Shown piece by piece: positions 37,717 to 47,272 of a DNA stretch of 64,000 bases; position 1 is the first letter of the stretch, and each line of letters opens with the position of its first letter. The notes under the pieces are model-generated. The model was not told where the DNA came from, ran no database searches, and saw only the letters and a program-made list of their open reading frames with translations. Position numbers and translations under genes: made by a program. The stretch comes from Gemmatimonadota bacterium (GTDB lineage: Bacteria > Gemmatimonadota > Gemmatimonadetes > Gemmatimonadales > Gemmatimonadaceae), in assembly GCA_021298395.1 (NCBI GenBank), contig JAJTFH010000003.1:16138-80137 (forward strand), given 5' to 3'.

Positions 37717-39324
37717 ATGTCCATGGACCCGAAGCCCACTGACGAGCGTCTCTCCCCGTCGGGGATCCCGATCGCGCCGGTCTATCGCCCGTCCGCGGGC
37801 CCCGTGCCCGAGACGCTCGGCGAACCTGGCGCCTTCCCCTTCACACGCGGGGTGCAGCCCACGATGTACCGTGGGCGCGTCTGGACGATGCGGCAATACG
37901 CCGGCTTCGGCACCGCGCAGGAGACCAACGCGCGGTTCAAGCTCCTCCTCGAGGCGGGGCAGACCGGACTCTCCACCGCCTTCGATCTCCCCACGCAGAT
38001 GGGACTCGACTCCGATGCGCCGCGCGCGCTCGGTGAGGTCGGCCGTGTCGGCGTCGCGATCGACACCGTGGAGGACCTGCATCGCCTCTTCGAGGGGATC
38101 CCGCTCGACGCCGTCTCCACCTCGATGACGATCAACGCCACCGCGTCGATCCTCCTCGCGATGTACGTGGTCGTGGCCGAGGAGCGCGGGATCCCGCGCG
38201 CCTCGCTCAGTGGGACGATCCAGAACGACATCTTGAAGGAGTACATCGCGCGCGGGACCTACGTCTTCCCGCCCGAGCCCTCCCTCGGATTGATCGCCGA
38301 GACCTTCCGCTTCTGTGCGGCCGAGGTCCCGCAGTTCAATCCGATCTCGATCTCCGGCTATCACATGCGTGAGGCGGGGGCCACGGCGGTGCAGGAGCTC
38401 GCCTTCACCTTCGCGAACGCGCTGTCCTATGTGCAGCGGGCGCAGGCGGCGGGGCTCGCGGTCGACGCCTTCGCCCCGCGGCTCTCCTTCTTCTTCGCCT
38501 GCCACAACGACCTCTTCGAGGAGGTCGCGAAGTTCCGCGCGGCACGCCGGCTCTGGGCGACCCTGATGCGGGAACGGTTCGGTGCCAACGATGCCTCGTG
38601 CAAGCTCCGCTTTCACACGCAGACCGGGGGGGTGACCCTCACCGCGCAGCAGCCCCTCAACAACGTCGTCCGCGTGACGGTGCAGTCGCTCGCGGCCACC
38701 TTGGGTGGCACCCAGTCGCTCCATGCCAACGGCTACGATGAGGCGCTCGCCCTCCCGACCGCCGAGGCGGCGACCCTCGCGCTCCGCACGCAGCAGATCG
38801 TCGCGCATGAGAGTGGGGTCGCGCAGACCGTCGACCCGCTCGCGGGGAGCTACTACGTGGAGGCGCTCACCGACGAGCTCGAACGCCGCGCGATGGAGCT
38901 CCTGGCGCAGGTCGAGGGCGTGGGCGGCTCCGCCCCTGCGATCGAAGCCGGCTTCTTCCAGGACGAGATCGCGCGCTCGGCCTACGAGTACCAGCTCGCG
39001 GTGGAGCAGGGGACGACGACGATCGTCGGGGTGAACCGTTTCCGCGATGGCGAGGACCCGCCGATCATCCCCGCGCCGAACTACGGGGCGCTGGAGGCCG
39101 AGCAGCGGCAGCGGTTGGCTGAGGTCCGTGCCACGCGCGACAGCGTCAAGGTCAGCGTGACCCTCGACGCCATCCGCGGGGCTGCGCCCTCGTATCTCGG
39201 GGCCGGGCAGGCGTCGACCATCCCCCTGATGCCGCTGATCATCGATGCGGTCCGCGCCCGGGCGTCGCTGGGGGAGGTCTCGGACGCCCTCCGACAGGTC
39301 TGGGGGGAGTACAGGCCCGGATAG
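37717..39324 (+). CDS. Methylmalonyl-CoA mutase family, catalytic (TIM-barrel) chain without a B12-binding domain
   Basis: 535 aa. Family segments are [39 protein letters not shown] and [11 protein letters not shown]. The protein ends after the barrel domain and has no DxHxxG cobalamin-binding module. Confidence 0.9.
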   Translation: MSMDPKPTDERLSPSGIPIAPVYRPSAGPVPETLGEPGAFPFTRGVQPTMYRGRVWTMRQYAGFGTAQETNARFKLLLEAGQTGLSTAFDLPTQMGLDSDAPRALGEVGRVGVAIDTVEDLHRLFEGIPLDAVSTSMTINATASILLAMYVVVAEERGIPRASLSGTIQNDILKEYIARGTYVFPPEPSLGLIAETFRFCAAEVPQFNPISISGYHMREAGATAVQELAFTFANALSYVQRAQAAGLAVDAFAPRLSFFFACHNDLFEEVAKFRAARRLWATLMRERFGANDASCKLRFHTQTGGVTLTAQQPLNNVVRVTVQSLAATLGGTQSLHANGYDEALALPTAEAATLALRTQQIVAHESGVAQTVDPLAGSYYVEALTDELERRAMELLAQVEGVGGSAPAIEAGFFQDEIARSAYEYQLAVEQGTTTIVGVNRFRDGEDPPIIPAPNYGALEAEQRQRLAEVRATRDSVKVSVTLDAIRGAAPSYLGAGQASTIPLMPLIIDAVRARASLGEVSDALRQVWGEYRPG

Positions 39325-39369
39325 AATCCGCTAACTTTATCTGGTTCCACACGTTAGCCATTCCCGACC

Positions 39370-39702
39370 ATGCCGACCTACGAGTATCGCTGCCCCGCCG
39401 GGCACGACTTCGAGAAATTCCTCAAGATGAGTGAAGCGCAGGGCACGCTGCCGTGCCCGAGCTGCGGCGCGCCGGGCGAGCGACGCCTCTCCGCCGGCGG
39501 TGGTCTCCTCTTCAAGGGGTCGGGTTTCTACATCACCGACTACGGGAAGGACGGGAAGAAGGATCAGCGCGCTGCGCCGGCAAGTGGCACGAGCACCGGT
39601 GGTTCCCCTGCGGCCTCGCCGAGTGCGACACCCGCCGCGAGCACGCCGCCGGCGCCGGCCCCAGCCGCTCCCGCCCCACCGAAGTCCGGAAGCGCCGAGT
39701 GA
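39370..39702 (+). CDS. FmdB-family zinc-ribbon protein with a low-complexity Ala/Pro/Ser tail
   Basis: 110 aa. MPTYEYRCPAGHDFE...LPCPSCGAPGERRLS is the CxxC...CxxC FmdB signature. Confidence 0.8.
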   Translation: MPTYEYRCPAGHDFEKFLKMSEAQGTLPCPSCGAPGERRLSAGGGLLFKGSGFYITDYGKDGKKDQRAAPASGTSTGGSPAASPSATPAASTPPAPAPAAPAPPKSGSAE

Positions 39703-41342
39703 GCGCCGTCGAGGCGCTCCGCGGCGCCCTCGTGCAAGCGGCGGTCGCGATCGGGGCACCGGAGATGGTCGCGCCGGTGCTCGAGCGCCCGCGCGATCCC
39801 TCGCACGGGGATTGGGCGACCAACCTCGCGATGACCCTGGCCAAGCCGCTGGGGAAGAAGCCGCGTGAGGTCGCCGACGCGTTGATCGCCGGACTCGACC
39901 TGAAGGCTGCCGGGGTCGCCGAGGCCGCGGTCGCGGGGCCGGGGTTCATCAACTTCCGACTCTCAACGGCGGACCTCGCCTCGGGGCTCGGGCAGGTGCT
40001 GACCGCTGGGAGTGCGTGGGGTACCACCACGGCCAACGCTGGGAAGACGGTCGTCGTCGAGTTCGTCTCCGCGAACCCTACGGGGCCGCTCCATGTAGGC
40101 CACGGGCGCCAGGCGGCGCTCGGTGATGCGATCTCCGCGCTCCTCGGCTCGCAGGGGTGGACCGTCACCCGTGAGTTCTATTACAACGACGGCGGGGTGC
40201 AGATCGCGAACCTGGCGTTGTCGGTACAGGCGCGGTTGCGCGAGCGGGCAGGTGATGCGCTGGTCATCCCCGAAGGGGGCTATCATGGCGAGTACATCCG
40301 CGAGATCGCAGCGACCTACGCGGCGGAGTGCCCGCGCGATCCTCGGGGCGATGACCTCGAGGCGGTGCGCGCGGTCGCCGTGCGCGAACTCCGCAAGGAG
40401 CAGGATCTCGACCTCAAGGCGTTCGGGGTCCGCTTCGACGTCTATTCGCTCGAGTCGGCGCTCTACACCGAGGGGCGGGTGGAGCGCACGGTGGAGGCGC
40501 TCGTCGCAGCCGGGCAGACCTTCGAGGACGATGGCGCACTCTATCTCCGCACCACGGCCTTTGGCGATGACAAGGATCGCGTCATGCGGAAGCGCGACGG
40601 GACCTTCACCTACTTCGTCCCTGATGTCGCGTACCATGTGACCAAGTTCGAGCGCGGCTTCACGCGCGCGATCAATGTCCAGGGCGCCGACCACCACGGC
40701 ACGACGGCGCGGGTCCGCGCCGGGTTGCAGGCACTCGGCATCGGGGTCCCGGCGGGCTATCCCGACTATGTGCTCCATCAGATGGTGACCGTCGTGCGCG
40801 GTGGGGAGGAGGTCAAGATCTCCAAGCGCGCCGGGAGCTATGTGACGGTCCGCGACCTCATCGACGAGGTGGGGCGCGATGCCGTCCGCTACTTCTTCCT
40901 GATGCGGAAGGGGGATTCGCAGCTCGTCTTCGACGTCGATCTCGCGCGCTCGCAGTCCGAGGAGAACCCCGTCTACTACATCCAGATGGCGCATGCCCGC
41001 CTGAGCGGGATCTTCCGTGTGGGGGATGTGGCCCCCGCCGATATCACGCCGGAGGGGATCGACTGGGCGGTGCTCGTCGAGCCCGCCGAGCGCGAACTCG
41101 TGAAGGCGATCCTGGATTGGCCCGCGCTCGTCGCGGGGGCCGCCGAGGCGGTCGAGCCGCATCGGGTGGCCAACTGGCTCCTCGAGACGGCGCGCCTCGT
41201 CCATACCTGGTATCACAAGCATCATGTGCTCGGGGAGGCGCCGCCGGTCATGCGGGCGCGTCTCGCGCTCGCGAAAGCGGCACGCATCACCATCGCGAAT
41301 GGCCTCGGGCTGCTCGGGATCGCGGCGCCTGAGCGGATGTAA
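39699..41342 (+). CDS. argS: Arginine--tRNA ligase
   Basis: GTG 39699 (GTGA overlap with the zinc-ribbon gene stop), inside ORF 39453..41342. It has the class I HIGH variant SANPTGPLHVGH, a KMSK-like ISKRAG, and a C-terminal anticodon-binding domain ending ...LGIAAPERM. Confidence 0.92.
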   Translation: MSAVEALRGALVQAAVAIGAPEMVAPVLERPRDPSHGDWATNLAMTLAKPLGKKPREVADALIAGLDLKAAGVAEAAVAGPGFINFRLSTADLASGLGQVLTAGSAWGTTTANAGKTVVVEFVSANPTGPLHVGHGRQAALGDAISALLGSQGWTVTREFYYNDGGVQIANLALSVQARLRERAGDALVIPEGGYHGEYIREIAATYAAECPRDPRGDDLEAVRAVAVRELRKEQDLDLKAFGVRFDVYSLESALYTEGRVERTVEALVAAGQTFEDDGALYLRTTAFGDDKDRVMRKRDGTFTYFVPDVAYHVTKFERGFTRAINVQGADHHGTTARVRAGLQALGIGVPAGYPDYVLHQMVTVVRGGEEVKISKRAGSYVTVRDLIDEVGRDAVRYFFLMRKGDSQLVFDVDLARSQSEENPVYYIQMAHARLSGIFRVGDVAPADITPEGIDWAVLVEPAERELVKAILDWPALVAGAAEAVEPHRVANWLLETARLVHTWYHKHHVLGEAPPVMRARLALAKAARITIANGLGLLGIAAPERM

Positions 41343-41387
41343 GTCAGCGGTCTCCTTCTTCTCTCCACTCCCTCACCAGAACAGGTC

Positions 41388-42305
41388 ATGTCGCTCCTCG
41401 TCGTCGGTTCCGTCGCGCTGGATTCGGTCGAGACCCCCTTCGGCAAGGCCGAAGAGGTCCTCGGGGGCTCAGCCAACTACTTCTCCGCCTCGGCGTCGCA
41501 TCAGGGGCCGGTGAAGCTCGTTGGCGTCGTCGGTGACGACTATCCGGTGGAGAAGCTCGAGCCGCTCAAGGCGCGGGGCGTCGACTTCGCCGGGCTCGAG
41601 CGCACGACGGGGGAGAGCTTCCGCTGGCGCGGCCGCTATCGCCACGACCTCAACTCGGCGGAGACGATCGAGACCCGCCTCGGCGTCTTCTCGAACTTCC
41701 GCCCCAAGCTCCCCGAGGCCTTCACCGACAGCGAGTATGTCTTCCTCGCGAACATCGACCCGCGCCTCCAGCTTGACGTCCTCCGGCAGATCAAGAAGCC
41801 GAAGCTCGTCGCCTGTGACACGATGAACTTCTGGATCGAGTCGCGGCGCGGGGATCTCCTCGAGCTCATCAAGCACGTCGATATCCTCACGCTGAACGAC
41901 GGCGAGGCCCGGCAGCTCACGGAGCAGGCGAATCTCGTGCAGGCGGCGCGCTGGATCCTCGCGCGCGGGCCCCGCACCGTGCTCATCAAGAAGGGGGAAC
42001 ACGGGGCCTTCATGTTCACCAAGGACTCGATCTTCTTCGCGCCGGCCTATCCCCTCGAGTCGGTCTTCGATCCGACGGGGGCGGGGGATTCCTTCGCCGG
42101 GGGGTTCATGGGGTGGCTCGCCCGCACGCGCGACCTCACCGACGAGAACCTCAGGCGCGCCGTCGTCATCGGCTCGGCGATGGGCTCGTTCGTCGTGGAG
42201 GGGTTCTCCATCACCCGCCTCCTCGAGATCACGCGGGACGACATCATCCGGCGCGTGGCGGATTTCCATCAGCTCGTCTCCTTCGACCGGAAGATGGACG
42301 CGTGA
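41388..42305 (+). CDS. PfkB-family carbohydrate/nucleoside kinase
   Basis: 305 aa. It has the N-terminal LVVGSVALD and GGSANY segments, and the C-terminal PfkB signature DPTGAGDSFAGGF. Confidence 0.85.
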   Translation: MSLLVVGSVALDSVETPFGKAEEVLGGSANYFSASASHQGPVKLVGVVGDDYPVEKLEPLKARGVDFAGLERTTGESFRWRGRYRHDLNSAETIETRLGVFSNFRPKLPEAFTDSEYVFLANIDPRLQLDVLRQIKKPKLVACDTMNFWIESRRGDLLELIKHVDILTLNDGEARQLTEQANLVQAARWILARGPRTVLIKKGEHGAFMFTKDSIFFAPAYPLESVFDPTGAGDSFAGGFMGWLARTRDLTDENLRRAVVIGSAMGSFVVEGFSITRLLEITRDDIIRRVADFHQLVSFDRKMDA

Positions 42306-43333
42306 CGGAGGCCCGTCTCACCTACGCGAGCGCCGGTGTCGACATCGACGCGGCGGAGGACTCCAAGGGGCGCATCAAGCGGCTCGTGGAGAGCACCTTC
42401 ACCGCGGGGACGCGGGGCGCATTCGGTGGGTTCGGCGGGATGTTCCGCATGCCGGAGGGGGCGCGGGCCCCGCTCCTCGTCTCGAGCGCCGACGGTGTCG
42501 GCACCAAGATCAAGGTCGCGATCGAGGCCGATCGGCACGATACGATCGGGCACTGCCTCGTCAATCACTGCGTCAACGACATCCTGGTGCAGGGGGCGCG
42601 CCCCCTCTTCTTCCTCGACTACGTGGCCTTCGGCAAGCTGGTCCCCTCGGTGGTCGAGGGGATCGTCGCCGGGGTCGCGGCCGGGTGCCGAGAGAATGGC
42701 GCCGCCCTGATGGGGGGCGAGACGGCCGAGATGCCCGGCGTGTACACGCCGCCGGATTATGACCTTGCGGGGTTCATCGTCGGGTGGGTGGAAGAGGATC
42801 AGGTGATCACGCCGGCGCGGGTGACGGAGGGCGATGTCCTCGTCGGGCTCGCCTCGACCGGGCTACACACCAACGGGTATTCCTTGGCGCGCCGCATCGT
42901 GAGCGAGCGCCTCAAGCTCGGGCCACATGATCCCTTCCCGGAGCATGGGGGGCGCTCGGTCGCCGACGTCCTGCTCGCGGTCCATCGGTCGTATCTCTCC
43001 GTCCTGAGCCCGGTGCTCTCGCGCGTGCACGCGATGGCGCACATCACGGGGGGTGGGATCCCCGGGAACCTCGACCGCGCCCTCCCCGCCCACCTCGATG
43101 CGGTGGTGGAGACCTCCACCTGGGAACCCCCGGCGCTCTTCCGTGTCCTGCAAGCGGCCGGTAACGTGGAGTCGGCGGAGATGTTCCGCGCCTTCAACCA
43201 GGGGATCGGGATGATTGTGATCTGTGACACGGCAGCGGCCGCGGCGATTCGTGACGTTGCGGCGGCGGCCGGCGTCGATAGCTGGATGTTGGGCCACCTC
43301 CGTCCGGGTACCGGGCGGGTTCACCTCGTCTGA
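42302..43333 (+). CDS. purM: Phosphoribosylformylglycinamidine cyclo-ligase (AIR synthetase)
   Basis: GTG 42302 (GTGA overlap with the kinase stop), inside ORF 42113..43333. Segments are YASAGVDIDA, SADGVGTK and NDILVQGA. Confidence 0.93.
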   Translation: MTEARLTYASAGVDIDAAEDSKGRIKRLVESTFTAGTRGAFGGFGGMFRMPEGARAPLLVSSADGVGTKIKVAIEADRHDTIGHCLVNHCVNDILVQGARPLFFLDYVAFGKLVPSVVEGIVAGVAAGCRENGAALMGGETAEMPGVYTPPDYDLAGFIVGWVEEDQVITPARVTEGDVLVGLASTGLHTNGYSLARRIVSERLKLGPHDPFPEHGGRSVADVLLAVHRSYLSVLSPVLSRVHAMAHITGGGIPGNLDRALPAHLDAVVETSTWEPPALFRVLQAAGNVESAEMFRAFNQGIGMIVICDTAAAAAIRDVAAAAGVDSWMLGHLRPGTGRVHLV

Positions 43334-43347
43334 TCAAGGAGTCCGTC

Positions 43348-44298
43348 ATGCGTCGCCTCGTCGTCGCGTCTTTCGCTCTCGCCGCGCTCACCGCTCCGGT
43401 GGCGGCGCAGACCACCACCACCGGGTGCGCCACGGCGACCTCGGTCGCCTGCAACAGTCTCTCTGACGTCTTCTCCTCCCTCTCGTCCCAGCTCGGTGGG
43501 GCGATCGCTGGTGGGAGCCATACCCTTGGCCTTGGCACCACGCTCGGAGGCTTCCCGCACTTTGCCGTCGCGGCGCGCGTCAACGCCGTCTTCAGCAAGC
43601 TCCCGGACCCGCGGAACGCCACCGTGGCGGGCGCCACCTCGACCGCCGCCAAGCTCGCGGCGAACGGGGAGCTCATCGCGCTGCCGACCCTCGACGCCGC
43701 CGTCGGCGTCTTCGAAGGGATCAAGCTCGGCGTGACGAAGGTCGGTGGCGTCGACGTCCTCGCCAGCGCGACCTATGTGCCGGAGCTCGACATCTCCTCC
43801 CTTCGGGTGTCCCCCAGCGCGCAGTATCAACTCGGCTACGGCGTCCGCATCGGGCTCCTGGAGCAGTCGCTCCTCGTCCCCGGGGTCGCCGTCTCGATCC
43901 TCAAGCGGGACCTCCCCTCGATGGATGTCGCGGTGAAGGCGAAGGATGCCACCCTCTCCCTGACGAACTACAAGGTCGGCACCACCTCGTGGCGCGTCGC
44001 GGCGCAGAAGAATCTCCTGATGCTCCAGGCGGCGGTCGGGTTCGGTCAGGATACCTATGACGCGAGCGCGAAGCTCGGCGGGTCGGTCGGTACCCTCGGG
44101 TCGATCAATGCGAACTCCAAGATGACCGAGAAGCAGAACACGCTCTACGGGTCGCTCGGGCTCAACCTGCTCCTCGTGAAGGTCATCGCCGAGGTCGGGC
44201 AGGTGTCGGGTGGGGACCTCAACCTCCTCAACCCGTTCGACAGCAACCTCACCAAGAAGCGCTATTTCGCCACGCTGGGCGCGCGCTTCAGCCTCTGA
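43348..44298 (+). CDS. Hypothetical secreted beta-rich protein (possible outer-membrane barrel)
   Basis: 316 aa. AAGGAG lies 8 nt upstream. Signal peptide VVASFALAALTAPVAAQ. It has a Cys pair near the N-terminus and amphipathic beta-strand patterns, and it ends ...YFATLGARFSL. I recognise no family. Confidence 0.55.
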   Translation: MRRLVVASFALAALTAPVAAQTTTTGCATATSVACNSLSDVFSSLSSQLGGAIAGGSHTLGLGTTLGGFPHFAVAARVNAVFSKLPDPRNATVAGATSTAAKLAANGELIALPTLDAAVGVFEGIKLGVTKVGGVDVLASATYVPELDISSLRVSPSAQYQLGYGVRIGLLEQSLLVPGVAVSILKRDLPSMDVAVKAKDATLSLTNYKVGTTSWRVAAQKNLLMLQAAVGFGQDTYDASAKLGGSVGTLGSINANSKMTEKQNTLYGSLGLNLLLVKVIAEVGQVSGGDLNLLNPFDSNLTKKRYFATLGARFSL

Positions 44299-44345
44299 CG
44301 CCGCACGAGCTCGCTCCCCCACCGGGCCCGCGCGACGCGGCCGGG

Positions 44346-45455
44346 ATGCGTCGCGCCCTGCGGTTGGCGCGGCGCGGGTGGGGGTGGACGGCGCCGAACC
44401 CCATGGTCGGCGCCGTCGTCGTTCAGGGGGGTGAGGTCGTCGGCGAGGGGTGGCACGCCGAACTCGGTGGGCCGCATGCCGAGGTGATGGCGCTCGCGGC
44501 CGCAGGGGATCGGGCGCGAGGCGCCGACCTCTACGTGACGTTGGAGCCCTGCGCTCACCATGGGCGGACCCCGCCGTGCACGGAGGCGGTGATCGCGGCT
44601 GGCGTGAGGCGCGTGATCATCCCGCTCCGGGATCCGAATCCCGTCGCCCAGGGCGGGATCGACCGGCTCCGCGGGGCGGGGATCGCGGTGACGGAAGGGG
44701 TGGAGGCCGAGGCGGCCGCTGAGCTCAACGCGCCTTTCCTTTTCGCGCAGCGCGTCGCGAATCGCCCGTTTGTCACACTCAAGCTCGCGGTGTCGATGGA
44801 CGCGATGCTCGCGCCGCGGGACCGGAGTCGGGTGCAGCTCACGGGCTCCGAGGCGATGCGCGAGGTGCACCGGATGCGGGCGAATGCCGATGCGATCGCG
44901 GTGGGCTTGGGCACGCTGCTCGCCGACGATCCGAAGCTGACGGTGCGCGCCGGGCGTCGGCCGCGGGTGGCGCCGACGCGTATCCTCTTTGGGGAGGCAA
45001 GTCGGGTGCCGGCCGCCAGCGCGTTGGTGAAGACGGCGCGGAAGGTCCCGACCTGGGTGATCTCGCGTGGGGTGAGCCGACCGACTGGGGAGCCCTCCGC
45101 CGGGGGGGATGCGGCCGCCACGGGCTCCCTCGAGGCCAACGGCGTCCGGTGCCTCGCCGCCCCGACTCTGCGCGACCAGCTGGCGCTCCTTCGGCAGGCA
45201 GGGATCCACCACCTCCTCGTCGAGGGAGGGGCTGGGCTCGCAGGGGGGCTCCTGACCGCTGAAATGGTCGACCGCCTCGTTATCTTTCAGGCGCCGGTCC
45301 TGCTCGGGGCCGGGGCCCTCGCCGCCTTCGGCGGGGTCGAGCTGGCGGCCACGGCCCCTGGGGAGCTCCCGGGGCGGTGGCAGGTGGTCTCGGACCGTGC
45401 CTTCGGGGACGACCGGATGACCGTCTACGCCCCCGCGGCGTCGCTGGCTCGCTGA
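44346..45455 (+). CDS. ribD: Bifunctional diaminohydroxyphosphoribosylaminopyrimidine deaminase / 5-amino-6-(5-phosphoribosylamino)uracil reductase
   Basis: 369 aa. Deaminase zinc motifs are HAEVMA and PCAHHGRTPPC, followed by a C-terminal reductase domain. Confidence 0.92.
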   Translation: MRRALRLARRGWGWTAPNPMVGAVVVQGGEVVGEGWHAELGGPHAEVMALAAAGDRARGADLYVTLEPCAHHGRTPPCTEAVIAAGVRRVIIPLRDPNPVAQGGIDRLRGAGIAVTEGVEAEAAAELNAPFLFAQRVANRPFVTLKLAVSMDAMLAPRDRSRVQLTGSEAMREVHRMRANADAIAVGLGTLLADDPKLTVRAGRRPRVAPTRILFGEASRVPAASALVKTARKVPTWVISRGVSRPTGEPSAGGDAAATGSLEANGVRCLAAPTLRDQLALLRQAGIHHLLVEGGAGLAGGLLTAEMVDRLVIFQAPVLLGAGALAAFGGVELAATAPGELPGRWQVVSDRAFGDDRMTVYAPAASLAR

Positions 45456-45473
45456 TTCCACCCGCGTCTCTCC

Positions 45474-46070
45474 ATGTTCACAGGGCTCATCACGGCAGTC
45501 GGCACGGTGCGCGAGGTGTCCACGACGGATGCCGGGCGCGAGCTCGTGATCGCCGCTCCCTATGAGGGACTGACGGACGGGGAGAGCATCGCCTGCAACG
45601 GGGCCTGTCTCACGGTCATCCGGCACGGCGCGGGGTGGTTCACGGTCGCGGCCGTCGTCACCACGCTGGAGCGGACGACCATCGGGCAGTGGACCGTCGG
45701 CTCTCGGATCAATCTCGAGCGCGCGCTCGCCGTCGGGGACCGACTCGGGGGCCACATCGTGCAGGGGCATGTCGACGGGGTCGGCGAGGTGCGACAGGTG
45801 GTCAGGCGCGGCGATGCCTGGCTGATCGATGTCGCGGTCCCGCCAGCGATCGACGAATGGCTCGTCCCCCTCGGGAGCATCGCGGTGGACGGGGTGAGCC
45901 TCACGGTGAACGCGCTCCCGGCGCCCGGGATCCTCCAGCTCTCCATCATCGACCACACCTGGCGGCACACGACCTTCAGCGCCCTCGCGGTGGGGGATCG
46001 CGTGCAGCTGGAGGGCGACCTCCTCGCCAAACATCTCAAGCGCCTCTCGGCGCCCTACCTCACGCATTGA
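45474..46070 (+). CDS. ribE: Riboflavin synthase (alpha chain)
   Basis: 198 aa. It has MFTGLITAVGTV and an internally duplicated barrel (GESIACNGACLTV / GSIAVDGVSLTV). Confidence 0.92.
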   Translation: MFTGLITAVGTVREVSTTDAGRELVIAAPYEGLTDGESIACNGACLTVIRHGAGWFTVAAVVTTLERTTIGQWTVGSRINLERALAVGDRLGGHIVQGHVDGVGEVRQVVRRGDAWLIDVAVPPAIDEWLVPLGSIAVDGVSLTVNALPAPGILQLSIIDHTWRHTTFSALAVGDRVQLEGDLLAKHLKRLSAPYLTH

Positions 46071-46072
46071 CC

Positions 46073-47272
46073 ATGTTCGGGACGATCGAGCAGGCCCTCG
46101 AGGACCTGCGCCACGGCAAATTCATCGTCGTCGCGGATGACGAGGATCGCGAGAACGAGGGGGACCTCATCGGCGCGGCGGAGTGCATCACGCCGCCGAT
46201 GGTGAACTTCCTCATGGAGGCCAAGGGGATGATCTGCGTCGCGCTCTCCCCGGAGCGCGTCGCGGAACTCGATCTCCCCCCGATGGGCTCGGAGAACACC
46301 GATGCCCTCCGTACCGCCTACACCGTGACGGTCGATGCGGGCCCCGCGCATGGGGTGACGACCGGGATCAGTGCCTCGGATCAGGCGACGACGATCCGCC
46401 TCCTCGCCGCGGCGTCCACCCGGCCGAGCGATCTGCGCCGCCCAGGGCATGTGCATCCGCTCCGCGCCCGTGAGGGCGGGGTGCTCCAGCGCGTCGGGCA
46501 CACCGAGGCCGCGGTCGATCTCATGCGCCTCGCGGGGCTCCGTCCCGCAGGCGTGATCTGTGAGATCCTCACCGGCGAGGGCGCATCGGCGCGGCGTCCT
46601 GACCTCGAGCGCTTCGCGCAGCAGCACGGGCTCACCTTCATCACCGTCGCGCAGCTCGTCGCGTATCGTCTGCAGCACGAGCGGCTCGTCCATCGCGAGG
46701 CCGATGTGCGCCTCCCCACCGAGTTCGGCACCTTCCGCCTCGTCGGCTACCGCAACGACGTCGACGCGCGGGAGCATGTCGCCCTCGTCTACGGGGACGT
46801 CGCCGGCGCGAAGGACGTCCTCGTCCGCATGCACTCCAAGTGCCTCACCGGCGACACCTTCCACTCGATGCGCTGCGACTGTCATTGGCAGCTGCACGAG
46901 GCGATGCGGCTCGTCGTCGAGGCCGGCGCCGGCGTGATCGTCTATCTCGATCAGGAAGGGCGGGGGATCGGGCTGCTCAACAAGCTCAAGGCCTACGCGC
47001 TGCAGGACGCCGGTGCCGACACCGTCGAGGCGAACGAGAAGCTCGGCTTCGCCCCCGATCTTCGGAACTACGGGATCGGCGCGCAGATCCTCCTCGATCT
47101 CGGCGTCACCGCCATCCGACCGATCACCAACAACCCGCGCAAGCTCGTGGGGCTCGAGGGCTACGGCATCTCCCTCGGCGAGCGCGTGCCGATCATCTCG
47201 CCGGCGACGGCGGAGAACGCCGAGTATCTCGAGACCAAGCGCACCAAGCTCGGCCACCTGAGGGCGATCTGA
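46073..47272 (+). CDS. ribBA: Bifunctional 3,4-dihydroxy-2-butanone-4-phosphate synthase / GTP cyclohydrolase II
   Basis: ATG 46073, inside ORF 45635..47272. It has the DHBPS segment DDEDRENEGDLI and the GCHII zinc site SKCLTGD...RCDC. Confidence 0.93.
   Translation: MFGTIEQALEDLRHGKFIVVADDEDRENEGDLIGAAECITPPMVNFLMEAKGMICVALSPERVAELDLPPMGSENTDALRTAYTVTVDAGPAHGVTTGISASDQATTIRLLAAASTRPSDLRRPGHVHPLRAREGGVLQRVGHTEAAVDLMRLAGLRPAGVICEILTGEGASARRPDLERFAQQHGLTFITVAQLVAYRLQHERLVHREADVRLPTEFGTFRLVGYRNDVDAREHVALVYGDVAGAKDVLVRMHSKCLTGDTFHSMRCDCHWQLHEAMRLVVEAGAGVIVYLDQEGRGIGLLNKLKAYALQDAGADTVEANEKLGFAPDLRNYGIGAQILLDLGVTAIRPITNNPRKLVGLEGYGISLGERVPIISPATAENAEYLETKRTKLGHLRAI

Noticed and set aside
43334-44345. 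An FMN (RFN) riboswitch upstream of ribD, possibly hidden under the 43348..44298 ORF.
   Set aside because: The ORF has a strong SD, a good signal peptide and protein-like composition throughout. I do not see the conserved RFN core strings. Only 47 nt of the interval are non-coding.
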